A stretch of 63,738 nt of DNA, the filler included, from Reticulomyxa filosa (lineage: Eukaryota; Protista; Foraminifera): NCBI GenBank assembly GCA_000512085.1. It is 19 parts of 19 records of this genome, joined end to end, with 100 filler letters (N's around TTAATTAATTAA, not from the genome) between each part and the next. Parts side by side here need not be neighbours in the genome. Positions count along the whole stretch, not along the records: positions 37,329 to 39,322 come from ASPP01012834.1; positions 39,423 to 41,782 come from ASPP01007403.1; positions 41,883 to 45,942 come from ASPP01005678.1; positions 46,043 to 47,360 come from ASPP01002893.1; positions 47,461 to 49,768 come from ASPP01019416.1; 14 more parts are not named here. One strand, written 5' to 3'. Below the pieces are notes generated by a model. That model was not told where the DNA came from and ran no database searches. It was given only the letters and a program-made list of their open reading frames with translations. Of the stretch, positions 37,330-49,696 are shown in pieces; positions within the stretch are counted from its first letter, which is position 1; the number at the start of each line of letters is the position of its first letter. The translations under genes were made by a program, and so were the position numbers.

Positions 37330-39322
37330 ATTCGCAGCCGGAAGCACGATGTGCCTGCTCAGGCCCACCGTACTGCGTTGTTATCCGCACTGATGCTGAC
37401 TTGCCTGCTGCCGCGTCGGCAGCGGATGCCGCTGTTGAAAATGCAGCTGATGCCGTGTTGCCCACGGTGAAGGTTGAGGCTACCCCGGTCAAACCGGCTT
37501 ACAAGACGGAGTCATCCGCTTCGAGCAAATTCACCGCCCCGCTGCTGGACACCCCAAAAACCGTCACCATCATCCCTGCAGAGGTTATCCAGCAAACCGC
37601 TGCGGCTACCCTGGCAGAGGCTTTGCGGGCCACCCCAGGTATCACCATGGGCTCCGGCGAAGGCGGTAACCCGATTGGCGACAATATCTACATCCGTGGC
37701 TTCATGTCGCAGAGTGATACCTTCATCGATGGTGTCCGCGATACGGGCTCTCAATCGCGCGAGGTGTTCAACCTGGAGCAAGTGGAAGTCAACAAGGGTC
37801 CGAGCTCTGCCTACGGCGGGCGCGGCTCTGCGGGTGGTAGCGTCAATCTCATCAGCAAAGCACCCAAGCTGGAAGAGTTCACCCGTGGTTCGCTGGGTGT
37901 TGGCACCGATGATTACAAACGTGGCACGCTGGATATCAACCGTACACTGGATGACACCACCGCTATCCGCGTGAACGCGATGGCTTATGCCTCCGATGTG
38001 GCAGGGCGTGATGCTGTCAATATGAGCCGCTGGGGGATTGCACCCAGTATCGGCTTTGGCCTGGGCACGGATACCACGGTATTGCTCAGCTACTACCACA
38101 TGCAATCCGATGACTTGCCGGATAGTGGCATCCCGTTTAACAACCCCTTTAGCTCCGGTACTAACGTTGCCAAGAACGGTGGCGGCCAGCCGGTCAGCGT
38201 TGACCGCAACACCTTCTACGGCCTGGTTAACCGCGATTTCCACAAGACCGAAGCCGACATCGCCACACTGGATGTCAAACACACTTTCGGCAGTGGTATG
38301 ACGCTGCGTAACGTGGCGCGCTACGGCAAGACCAGTAACGACTATGTCTGGACCCAGCCCGATGACAGCAAGGGCAACGTGGTGCTGTACGGCAATGTCT
38401 GGCGTCGTGCCAATAGCCGCTTTACCGAGACCGAAACCGCTACCAACCAGACCAGCATCGATGGCAAATTTGAGCTGGGCGGTATCAAGCACAGCTATGT
38501 GCTGGGGCTGGAGCTGAGTCGCGAGGAAACCAATCGTGGCAGCTACGTCTTCTCCCCGGGGACCAACAACCTGCTTACCGGCAATACCACCTGCGCCACC
38601 GCAGGTGCGGCGACCGGTTACAACTGCACTTCCCTGACTAACCCCGATTACAACGACCCTTGGGTTTACACCCGCAGCATTTCACCGGCTAGAACCAATG
38701 TCGTGACCGATACCAAGTCCTTGTACGGTTTCGACACCGCCGAGCTGAGCGAGCGTTGGTCGGTCAACGGTGGTCTGCGCTTTGATGACTACACGTCCAA
38801 GCTGCATACCCCTGCTTATGTGTCCGGCTCGACCACAACAGCAGCAGTGTCGGCCCGGAACCACAGCAGCTTCTGGAACTACCAAGCCGGCGTGGTGTAC
38901 AAGCCCGCTCCGCAAGGTAGCGTGTACGCGTCGTATGGTACTGCTAGCACCCCGCCTGGCAATGATGGTGGCGATGGTCTGGATGGCTTGACCACGGCAG
39001 TACAGAACCTGGACCCGCAAGAAAGCCGCAACATCGAGCTGGGCGTGAAATGGGAGCTGTTCGACCGTACCCTGCAAGTGGCAGCAGCCGTATTCGATAC
39101 TGACATGAAAAATGCGCGCGTGACATCTGCAGATGGCACCAGCCAGAACGTTGGCCGCAAGCGTGTCAAAGGCTATGAGCTGTCTGCCAGCGGTAATGTG
39201 ACGCGTAACTGGCAAGTGTTTGCCGGTTACACCCATCTGGATGCCCGGGTGGTGGATAACGGCTATCTGAACGTCGGCACGACCGCGGCCCCGGTGTACG
39301 TCGCATCGCCGTACAACGGTAA
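37330..39322 (+). CDS. Bacterial TonB-dependent siderophore receptor (Fiu/PiuA/BfrD-like), partial; contaminant or associated bacterium
   Basis: Markedly GC-rich, intronless. Plug KFTAPLLDTPKTVTII..PGIT.GSGEGGNP.GD.IYIRGF..FIDGVRD..EVFNLEQVEV.KGP. N-terminal IRSRKH..TALLSALML signal lies one base out of frame near 37400. Confidence 0.95.
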
Positions 39323-39424
39323 NNNNNNNNNNNNNNNNNNNNNNNNNNNNNNNNNNNNNNNNNNNNTTAATTAATTAANNNNNNNNNNNNNNNNNNNNNN
39401 NNNNNNNNNNNNNNNNNNNNNNCG

Positions 39425-40957
39425 ACTCTTGACCAACAAGTATTTCTGTACAAAATAAAAATTGCCAAAGACAAAAAAATTGAGCTTGATGAAAGTAGCG
39501 AATGGAATGAGGCAAACGAAAAGGCACATGAAATGGTGAATGAGATGATTGATAATAATCAACAAGGAATTGTCGTTGTTGCAACAAATATTGATCAATT
39601 AGCAAAGCCTAATGATAAACTGTTTTGGCAAGATATCCCATTTACAATGATGATTAATTCAAATGAATATATGAAAAAGAAAATAACTATTGGAGAGTAT
39701 TCCATTTGTTCATTTCATTCAAAAAAAATAAAATTGGATGATATCACAATTGATGGATGTGTTTATGCTGTTGATTGTGTCATTGACGGAATTGGAAATT
39801 GTCATATTACTCAACAACTTATTCACACAGGTAAATCTGTTATTCGTTATCGTTTCAATTCTCAGGTTATCACTTGTAATTGGCCTATTGACCCATGCAA
39901 ATTAATAGAATCGGGGATTAATTTATCAAGTAAATCTAAATTTGATGAAGCAATTGAATTTTTTCGTTTTGCACTTTGTGTTAGATTGCAAATATTACCT
40001 GATTCTGATATCGATGTCGCTGAGTCTTATGATTTGTTAGGCAAAGCATATCATCAAAAAGGAGGATATGAAACAGAAGCAAATATTATATTCAAATTGA
40101 ATTACTTTAAATCTTTTGAAGAAGATTTGGAAATACACTTCAATAAAATCGGATCTGATTATCATAGTGTTGTTAATTCACACAACAATGTAGGACTTGT
40201 TCGTGACACCAAAGGTATATATGACAAAGCAATCGAGTGTCTTGAAAAGTCATTAGAAATTAGATTGAATAAATTGGGACTCGATCCTCTTGTCGCTGAT
40301 TCGTACTGCCATTTGGCAGGCATTTATGATAGCAAGGGAGAATATGATAAAGCAATCAAATATTTTGAAAATACATTAAACATTTGGCTGAATAAACGGG
40401 AGTGTGAACAATATCTCATTGCTATTTTATACAACAATTTGGGGAGTACTTATGACAATAAAGGAAAATACAACAAAGCAATTGAATATTATGAAAAGTC
40501 ATTACAAATTCTATTGAATAAACCGGATTGTGAACGACGTCATGTTGCAATTTCATATAACAATTTAGGATTGCTCTATAACAAGAATGGAGAATATAAC
40601 AAGGCAATTGAATATTGTGAAAGATCATTGAACATTTGCTGCCAAGAATTTGGACACAATCATTTTAGCGTTGCCAATTCAAAAAACAATTTGACATTCA
40701 TTTATTATGGAAAACAAGAATACGAAAAAGCGATGCAAGTTGGAAAACAGGCATTAGAATTGAGGCTGAAGAGATTGGGCTCTAATCATCCAGATGTCGG
40801 TGTTTCATGTGACATATTAGGAGATATCTGTTATAAACAAAAGAATAAAATAGAGGCAAAGAATTATTATGAAAATGCGCTGTCGATTTTTACTCAACAA
40901 TTGGGTGAAAGTCATCAAACTACAAGTAGAGTCAGATCAAAACTGAACAATTTGTAA
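39425..40957 (+). CDS. TPR protein with ~42-aa kinesin-light-chain-type repeats and an unrecognised N-terminal domain; 5'-truncated
   Basis: Repeats VA.SYNNLG..Y..KG.Y.KAIEYYEKSL.I.L..; frame is open to the contig start. Confidence 0.92.
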   Translation, partial: TLDQQVFLYKIKIAKDKKIELDESSEWNEANEKAHEMVNEMIDNNQQGIVVVATNIDQLAKPNDKLFWQDIPFTMMINSNEYMKKKITIGEYSICSFHSKKIKLDDITIDGCVYAVDCVIDGIGNCHITQQLIHTGKSVIRYRFNSQVITCNWPIDPCKLIESGINLSSKSKFDEAIEFFRFALCVRLQILPDSDIDVAESYDLLGKAYHQKGGYETEANIIFKLNYFKSFEEDLEIHFNKIGSDYHSVVNSHNNVGLVRDTKGIYDKAIECLEKSLEIRLNKLGLDPLVADSYCHLAGIYDSKGEYDKAIKYFENTLNIWLNKRECEQYLIAILYNNLGSTYDNKGKYNKAIEYYEKSLQILLNKPDCERRHVAISYNNLGLLYNKNGEYNKAIEYCERSLNICCQEFGHNHFSVANSKNNLTFIYYGKQEYEKAMQVGKQALELRLKRLGSNHPDVGVSCDILGDICYKQKNKIEAKNYYENALSIFTQQLGESHQTTSRVRSKLNNL

Positions 40958-41515
40958 GTATGTTACATTTTGCTACGTCAAAATATATTTTCAAAAAAAA
41001 AAAAAAAAAAAATCAAACAACTTTAAAAATATTTTGTATATTTGTGTTGATTGTCCATTTGTTGCTGCATAAAACTTATGATTTTTTTCATTTTCATACA
41101 GTTCAAAATTTAAAACTCAATTGAATAACATTGTGCATTTTTGACTCTCTTTTTTTTTTTTTATACGTAACAACTAATGCTCAAAATGTTTGGTAGAGAT
41201 CGTCAAATGAATGCAATAAAAAATCCCAAAACAACAGACTAATTTTATTATGACTATGAAGTTACAAAGAACGCTCACGAAAATACCATACGACAAATCA
41301 AAAAGACCAATTTTATGCCTAAAAAAAAAACCAAGCATTTTGCAGTTCAAAATAATTTTGATCATTTGAAAGCAAAATATGCTAAATACTGCAACATCTT
41401 ATTTTTTTTTTTGTTTAAATAAAAAATCAAAAATTTTCTCTTCAAAAAAAAGTCACTCCAAAAAATCCACCCCACTCCAAAAAGACTAAAAAGACTAAAA
41501 AGACTAAATAAAAGA

Positions 41516-41678
41516 ATGTCTTTCAAAACCTTGGCTTTTTTTGAAAAAAGGCTGCCTGAAACAACGCTTGCCTCTCTGAGCTTAGCAAGACCAGAAAAAA
41601 ACGTGGTAAAGAGGATTAACACTATTAACTCTGGAAACGATAAAACAAGAAGCGCTACGTCCCATTTTAAGATTGCGG
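41516..41678 (+). CDS. Possible first exon of an unknown protein
   Basis: ATG-started MSFKTLAFFEKRLPETT..SHFKIA followed by a GTAATA donor; no recognisable motif. Confidence 0.25.
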
Positions 41679-41927
41679 GTAATATTGGCCAAAGCGTTAT
41701 CAATACTCAACAATTAAAGACTGTATTTCGAGCACAGCCCATTTCATTTTTTATTCGTTCCATTCATAGTTTTGATTTTTTTNNNNNNNNNNNNNNNNNN
41801 NNNNNNNNNNNNNNNNNNNNNNNNNNTTAATTAATTAANNNNNNNNNNNNNNNNNNNNNNNNNNNNNNNNNNNNNNNNNNNNTTTCCCCCCCCCCCCCCC
41901 CAAAAAAAAAAAAAAAAAAAAAAAAAG

Positions 41928-42697
41928 ATGAAGTGAAATCTCAGATAAATGAAAACGACGATTTTCGAAGCAACTTACGCGAATTGGTGTCAAATTTGTA
42001 TAGCTGTTTGTTAAGCATAAATTTGGATTATCAGTGGATGCCCGAAGGACGGGACTATCACAATGATTTATTTTTTTCGTTGATATTTTGCAATCACAAA
42101 GATATAATAGAAAAATATAACCAAATATTTATTTATTTGTTATACATAAACCACACAAAACGCTTGTTGGCCGATTTGTGGTTGGAACTTCACAAGCATG
42201 CTCGTTGTGAGTGGACGTTTATGCTGAACGTATTCATTCGTGAGTGCCTCCATGTCATGGAAAACATAATGAATTTTACAAACACACAAATTCATTACCA
42301 CATTTGGGAAAAACACTTGGTTCATAAAATCACATACGAAATGACTAATATTTTCGACTTTGAAACTATTCATCGTGAATTTGTTGACATGTTACTAGAG
42401 ACATGCTTCTTGCACAATACACAGCAAGAGCTGAGAAAATGTATCAAAAAATGGATGGACACGATTCATCAGCTTATTTCTTGTGCCAACCAATTAATAC
42501 TGTCTACTTCCTCGGAAACAACATTAGAGTCCACAACTGAGATAATACAAGGCATTGCACATTTGAGAAGAGAATTTCAAATGACAAGTAAGTTCGTTAC
42601 CAAATTGCTCCAACAGCTGTCTCAGACTAGAACTGGCACAAATGCAATTAATTTGCTCACCCATTTGGATTTTAATCGCTTTTATGAGCTTTGTTGA
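41928..42697 (+). CDS. Gamma-tubulin complex protein (Spc97/Spc98 family, GRIP2 region), last exon
   Basis: L.LDY..IIEKYNQIFIYLL..TK..L..LW, H..F...L.ETCFL, C-terminal LLTHLDFNRFY. Confidence 0.85.
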
Positions 42698-42953
42698 CTT
42701 TTTTTTTTTGTTTTGTAAGTTTTTAATTGTTATTGTCGGGTCGTATCGGAAGAATAAAAACAAATGAATGACGAATTTTTATTTAAACATTTAAAGTATT
42801 ATTTAAGTTAATATAATGAACTTTCATCTTCTAGCTTTATGCAAAAATATCAGAAATCGATGTTATTTTGGTTTTGATTCAAAAAATGAAATTGTGCTAA
42901 AAAAAATTTACTATTTTTATTGTATCGTATTGTAAAATATGAACGTTGCAAAG

Positions 42954-44530
42954 TTAGTCATATATGCCAGTCCACAGTGCTAGATACTTGAAGAGGTCTT
43001 CTTTTTCAGGAGTATTGGCCGAGTTTGGCTCGGGGGCATCACTGGGAGCATCGTTTACATCACTTTGTTCTTTGTTTGAAGAAGACACTGGATCATCGTT
43101 ATCGTCGATCAGATTCACAACAGTATTGGACGATGAATCGTCTCGCATTTGTGATAACGTCCGTTTCAAGTTTTTGTGAGATTCCTCTTTTTTTTCTTCT
43201 CTTTCTTTATCAGTATCACTTGGAACATTTAAAGAAGTTGTCTGGTTCTCAATAGGTGCAGCATTATCATTGGTATTGCTTTTGTTATTGTCATTGACCT
43301 TGTCAGGTGCAGTAACACGTGACGTGACTTGGTCTTGAAAAATAAATCTTTGTCGAAAAGCGGCAGCATTGGGATTATTTTTCTGATTCTCAGTTTTGCG
43401 ATTATTATGGCCGGGGCCTTGTTGTTCTGGAACTTGAACCAACAAATACTTATTGTAGTAATCATCACCAGTACGAACACAGGGCGCACTATTTTCCACT
43501 TTTACAACTTCTTCTTTCACTTCTGTTGGAGGTTTGGGTTGAGCCGCTTTTACATTTTTATGGGATTTTGTACCTACATACATTATTATCGTTATTATTT
43601 TATTTTATTTTATTTTGGGCTATATTCTATATACGTATACAAACAAAACAGTCAAAAAAAAAAAAAAAAAACAAACTCTCAATCTCTTCCTTTCACACCA
43701 AATCGATCTAAAAACGGTGCGACAATAGGTCTAAATGGGACAGGGATGCCAAGGAAACCAGGATCGCCAAGTGGATAGATTTTTTCTAAAGAACGCACGG
43801 TGACAATGATTCGGAACTGAGATTTGACTGTTTGAACCACTTTGACATTTTTCAATAACATCACGCAATTTTTAGTGAGTTGCTTCCCAAAGGTATCGTG
43901 TTCCAACACTTTGGATGAGATATTGGCCACCACAACACCACTGCTTGTTGAACTCAAATTGGCATAGGATGTGATCGATTCATTAACATTACCGTTGATA
44001 TTGCTATTACGGTGTTGAAATCTTCGGTGGCTTAAATAAATGAAATCAATCGGGTCGCTTATCAATGCCTGGGCATCGTTTCTCACAATTATATCATCTA
44101 CAAATAGCAACAATTGTTTGCTTTCAAAAATAAATCGTTTGTTATTTCGGATTTTATGTAAATTGTAATGTTGAAACATATTGTTCGGTGATTTGTTTGA
44201 CAGTGTCATAAACAGTTTGTTCCCGTCTGTTGCGTTTATTGTTCCCGTGTTGTTCTTTGGAGTATTTTTATCTTTTTTTTTTTATTCATTTGTTTATTTC
44301 AATTAATTACCTTGGATTACTCCATAGCCTTGCTGATGAATTGCTTGCAGCCATGGACCTGAAAAAAATTTGGGATGAACTAACGCTATTTTACGATAAT
44401 CAGATTGAATTAGCTTACTCAAATCACCAAACACGTTCTCGTCGGTTTGCGCATTAGCATTTGCTAATTTTGAGCCAATTGAATGCGAAAACTCCCCTGC
44501 GGGGCCATGTACACGACGTATTCGAGACAT
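42954..44530 (-). CDS. HROB: HROB/MCM8IP-like OB-fold protein (DUF4539); exons 44530-44311, 44226-43699, 43573-42954 (455 aa)
   Basis: RVHGPAG, FFSGPWLQA, DAQALISDP, LTKNCVMLLKNVKV..RIIVTVRSLEKIYP match the family pattern; introns join in frame. Confidence 0.7.
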
Positions 44531-44826
44531 TATGGTTATTTTAAAAGCATGGTGTTAAATTTTTTGTTGGGAATCTCCCTGAGGAGCCAAATAAAAATTT
44601 GGTCAGCAAAAAATATGTAAGAATATATCTTTACAAGATTCTGTAAAGTCAAATTTATTTTAAATTATGTAATCCCTAATCGAAAATATAATATTGTAAT
44701 TTTTTCTGAATCAGCTACTTATCGACAATTGTTGAGTTTTTTGATTTGTAAATTGATGCAATTATTAAATGAAAAATATATTAATCAAGATCTTAAAAAT
44801 ATTTTGTTTTTAAAAATTCCAAAAAA

Positions 44827-45942
44827 ATGGAAACTACACAGCACCAGGGTCAGGATATAACAGAGCAAGTCCCAACAAATGAAGCCCTGACACCATCCAA
44901 CATCAAAAAAGCCAATATTAATCTCGATTTTCATTTAAACTTAAATGAAAGTTTGTTCTGCATAAAAAAATTTTCTTCAAATGCAGCTTGGTGGAAGAAG
45001 GAAAAAAATAAACAAAAAAAGAACTAGAGGAGTTAACCATTGAAAACTTAAACTTGGATAAAATCGCACCCAAAGAATTGCCAGATATTTTCAAAGAATT
45101 TTTTTTCCACAGTGGACCATTACGTGCAGATCCTCCACCATTTCGAGAATGGCCTCAAAGAGTACCTGAAACGGAGGGAGGAGCTCACTGGAATAACAAG
45201 TGTCAGCAAAAAATAAGTGATTTTATGTTTTTGGCAGAGGCTTGTCGACGAGCAAGTAAAACATTACAACAAGCCAACTGTTACTTTTGTATGGGCATAT
45301 TACATGACAACTGCAAACATTACAAAAAAGTTCAGAAGAAGTCTTGTATTTTAGAGTTGATTGTTATTGCATATCGATATACTAATATTTCTTATCATGT
45401 TGGACAAAATAGGCTATCAAATGTTACAAAAAGTTTTTAGACCTCTTTAAAGAGACAACTCAAAATAACGATAATGTAATACGTAACAATAAACTGAGTG
45501 ATGAAACTGACGTGAAAAATGCGCAAAACAGTTCTAATGTAGAGGCTCTATCTTTGCAAGGACTTGGAGTCACTGCAGTGTACAATGCATTGGCAGTAGA
45601 TTATCAATTACTCGGGTCAGGATATTTCAATCACTCATTGTATTACCACTTACTGTATCGAGACAGTGTCAAAAGTGACGATCGATTTGTCGCACACATT
45701 AATATAGGACTGCTATTATTAAGATGTGGCAAAGTGCACTTATCATTGAATCAGCAATTACATGCTTTAAAATATGCTGTTTCCTCTCAATCTGATATTG
45801 CACAAGCTATTGCAATCTCCAACATTGGTTTATGTCAGGTTGTCCTAAGCAATTGGGACATTGCTAGAGCATGTTTAGAAAAGTAAGAATCCTAGAAAGG
45901 AACAGGAGGGGAGTTATTGTTGTTAGTTTTAACTTTTTTTTT
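44827..45942 (+). CDS. TPR protein (TTC28/TTC29-like), multi-exon, 3'-truncated
   Basis: ANCYFCMGILHDNCKHYKK|AIKCYKKFL, AVYNALAVDYQ, VAHINIGLL, AIAISNIGL..ARACLEK. Confidence 0.7.
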
Positions 45943-46093
45943 NNNNNNNNNNNNNNNNNNNNNNNNNNNNNNNNNNNNNNNNNNNNTTAATTAATTAANN
46001 NNNNNNNNNNNNNNNNNNNNNNNNNNNNNNNNNNNNNNNNNNAAAAAAAAAACGACACATTTCAAATTCGAAAATGCAATGTTGCAACATTAG

Positions 46094-46560
46094 CCAGAGA
46101 TAAGACATCATGCACCGGACAGAGGATATTTGCTAATAGGATTGAAATCAGATTTAAGAACAGATAATGACGATAAAAATGGCGAGACAACTTCGGACAA
46201 CACCGACAAACAGGCCACCCCAATAATCCCAATTCACAAAATTATGGCTTTGTGCAATGAAATTGGGGCTGAAGCTTATGTTGAGTGTAGTGCATTGAAA
46301 GTTATTAATGTTGGCACTGTCTTTGAAACCGCCATGAAAAGATACTTACAGCCACAAAAAAAAAAGAAATTCTCAGGCCGGAAAAAGAGTTAAGTTTCAC
46401 TACTGTATTTTATTTACCCGATGTAAAAAAAAAAAAAGAACAAGAGGGGGGAGGGAAATGATAGAAATAAACAAATTAAATGAAATTTTTTATTGGTTGG
46501 TTTGATTTGATATCTACATTACAATATCGAACATTCCATGCACAGTGCAAGATGATGTGA
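46094..46560 (+). CDS. Rho/Rac-family small GTPase, 3' part (probable last exon CKMM*)
   Basis: PEIRHHAP..LLIGLKSDLR (G4), YVECSALK (G5), VFETA, polybasic tail; CaaX exon at 46546-46560. Confidence 0.88.
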
Positions 46561-47462
46561 TAGACGTCGGACTCTTTTTTTTTTAAAAAATATTCTCTTG
46601 TATTTTAATTTTTTTTATTATATTGATATTTTTGGAGAGTGTAATGATCAGCTCAACGAATGTCACTGTCGAACATGGCTCAAAAAAAAAAAAAATTCTT
46701 TTTTTCAAAATCATTTGTTGTTGTTTGTGGAGAAAAGAGAGATTTTCCGCTCACATACCTTCTTTACACGTCGCTTTCTTTGATTTTGTTTGTAATTCTT
46801 TTGTGTTTTTTTGAGTGTTCATATCTCATACAAAAACTGTTCATTTGTCACGTTTGTGTTGCTTTGTTTTATGGTGTTTGAAAAGATGTCTCTTTTTATC
46901 TTCCATCCTCCAAACAGTTTGATGTCTCCACAATACCTGAAAATTTTCTATTGTTATTTTAAGATCTTCAAGTTTTGTTCTATCGAAAATCTGCACAAAA
47001 ATAAAAACCAAGCAAGTTCAAATTTGATAAAAACCGAGCATTTGTAATATTTCATTAGCATTTGATTTTTAAAAAATTCAAATAGTGGCAAAATACCACA
47101 ATCTAAAAAGGGACTATTCTTTGTGACAACTTTACTGACGAAGAAATCAAAATTAAAAACTTGAGACTGTTGTTTGTTTCATACAACTCACAAAAAAAAA
47201 AAAGCTTTTTCAAATACTCTTGACGTTTTCACGTCTTTCTTTTATTTGTCTTTGTGTGCTGAAATAAATAATAAAAAAGTGTTTTTACGGTTTCGACGTT
47301 AGCCCTTTTGAAAGCTATCAGCAAGTGACGACCTGCTAACGTGGAAATCTATGCGTTTTGNNNNNNNNNNNNNNNNNNNNNNNNNNNNNNNNNNNNNNNN
47401 NNNNTTAATTAATTAANNNNNNNNNNNNNNNNNNNNNNNNNNNNNNNNNNNNNNNNNNNNGA

Positions 47463-47969
47463 AGTAAAAGTAAAAGTAAAAGTAAAAGTAAAAGTAAAAG
47501 TAAACATAACAATAATAATAATAATAATAACAATAATAATAATAATAGCAATAGTGATAGTAATAATGATAATATTAATAAAAGCGAAAAATATAAAAAT
47601 AACAGCCACAAAGACTTTGAGAGTGAGAGTGATGATGAAAATGCAAAGACATATCCACAACGACAACCCACGCCTCATCAACGTGTGCACGGCCCTGGGT
47701 ATGACGAAATCGAGGGGAAAGAAACGAGAGAAGGCAAAAACACCGACAGGAGATTGCATATGCAGTTGGAGGTAAAGGAGTGGCTGGAGCTGATCGACCT
47801 GGGAGAATACTTTCATTTGTTCATTGAAAATGGCTTTGATCGAATGGACGCCATCTTCGAAATTCAACGTGAGGACTTGGAAAAATTAAATGTCAAACTC
47901 GGACATGCCAAAATCATTTTGAAACAAATTCGTTCTCAAAATCTCGGTGTCACTCATCACAAACATTAA
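47463..47969 (+). CDS. C-terminal SAM-domain protein with SK and poly-Asn low complexity; 5'-truncated
   Basis: VKEWLELIDLGEYFHLFIENGFDRMDAIFEIQREDLEKLNVKLGHAKIIL; upstream (AGTAAA)n and (AAT)n are in frame. Confidence 0.88.
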   Translation, partial: SKSKSKSKSKSKSKHNNNNNNNNNNNNNSNSDSNNDNINKSEKYKNNSHKDFESESDDENAKTYPQRQPTPHQRVHGPGYDEIEGKETREGKNTDRRLHMQLEVKEWLELIDLGEYFHLFIENGFDRMDAIFEIQREDLEKLNVKLGHAKIILKQIRSQNLGVTHHKH

Positions 47970-48259
47970 ATATGCCAATCTTCTGTTGCCTTTGACCCAT
48001 AGTATAGGAAAAACTAATTGTTTGTATTTTCATTGGATACCACTTTTTTTTCTCCTTCTTCACTCCCTTGATACAAAGAGATTTCATTCCAGTGTATTGT
48101 TTGAAATGAAAGTAATTTTTTTGTTTTGTGGAGATTGAACCCTCTTTTTTTGAACCAGAAAAGCGTCTCTAGTATTTACACTATTTCCCTAACTTCACTT
48201 TTTAATGCGTTATCCAATGAACTAGAGATTGCATAATGCTATTTCTAATTTGTTTTGTC

Positions 48260-48620
48260 TCTGTCTTTGCTAAGACTTCAAATGATAACAAAGATAATCT
48301 GGAAAACTAACTGATCCTTTGTGATTCAAATGTTGCAGAATTTTTACCAATGCATAAATAGTTGTTTCTATATCAATGGATACACAATTTACATAGGGTG
48401 GGCATATATAAACATTTCTCTAGACGGTAAATATCTTGCAACACATCCAACGAATGAAAAATAGGACTACGTGATACAAACAAAAAGATGAAACAAGTGA
48501 CATGTCATTTAGGTAATTTAATAGATACAGATTTCATGTGATGGGCAAACAATAGAACAAGGTAATTACTTATGACGAAAAAACATGATAATACACTTTG
48601 AATCTGCAAGTGCAAACTGT
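48260..48620 (+). pseudogene. Highly decayed WD40 remnant
   Basis: Fragments ISLDGKYLA, IGLRD and DGQTI in different frames echo the WD40 exon at 35913-36797 (FSPDGKYIV, IRLRD, PDGQTIV). Confidence 0.35.
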
Positions 48621-49273
48621 TCCTAAAAAATATGTTGAATTGATATGAATAATTCAGTAATATTAGATTTTAATTATTCAATTTTGTTAAAAAAATATAG
48701 TATCATTATTTTTATATTTTTAATCGAATCATATTTATCAAAAATATTAACAAAAAAAAAGAATTATTTGATTATTAGAAATATTTTTTCTGCATTATTA
48801 TTTTGGAGTTATCCAAGAATTCCCTTCTGAAGTATGGTCACAGTATTTAGTCCTTGTATGCCAAAAGCAAGCAAACGACAAAAAGCAAAATGTAAACTCT
48901 TAACTTTTTCTACACACTTTTCCTCCTTTTTCGTTTTCAGTAATGACACTCTACAAAAATTCTATCTTGTGGAATTGTCAACAATTCTTACCATAAGTTG
49001 TAACATTTTTCATAAAATACAGATGAAAATTCAATTATATTTTGTTTTATTTCAAATGAAATTTGTGAAAATGTATATAAATTAATTTCATCGTAAATAA
49101 TTTCCTCCAAACACTTTTTTATTTTAAAAATTTAGATGCATTACTTACTAAAATAAGTTTTTTTGCTTGTTATTTTAAGGGTATAGTTTATCTCAAATGA
49201 AACTTAAAAAAGAAGTAGCTAGGTTTTTTCTTGAACAATTGACAACCTGAGAGAGTGCAAGTAAAGTAGAATT

Positions 49274-49696
49274 ATGTCAGAAAAACAAGCAGGCTTGGAT
49301 ATTGATGCTCTTATGTCTACTACTCTTATTTCGTGTACATCTCTGCCTCAAACATTGTTGAACGAACGACCAAACGAGAAAGCAATGACGGATCTGTCAA
49401 AAGACTTGGAGGATTTTTACAAATATATTTCACCAAATCCAAAATTAAAAACAAAACAAAAAAAAATTTTTGAACAAATTGCGGAAATCGTATCAATTCA
49501 ATTGAAGGCATTACCAATGATTTGTAAATATAGTATTTTTAAATTTGGAAGTGCAGAATGGAATTTAAACACAATTGACAGTGATATTGATATTGGTATT
49601 TGTATTGACAATCGTTGTAGTGATAAAAACAGTGATAGGCCTTTTATTATTTCATTTTTGCGATCCCTATTACCGTTGTTTTTTCAACATTTTTTA
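49274..49696 (+). CDS. Non-canonical poly(A) polymerase/TUTase (TRF4/Cid1 family), first exon
   Basis: LEDFYKYISP..FKFGSAEWNLNTIDSDIDIGI (GS..DxD pol-beta NTase motif). Confidence 0.8.

Noticed and set aside
37474-39236. Long alternative-frame and antisense ORFs over the TonB receptor
   Set aside because: Shadow ORFs expected from GC-rich codon bias.
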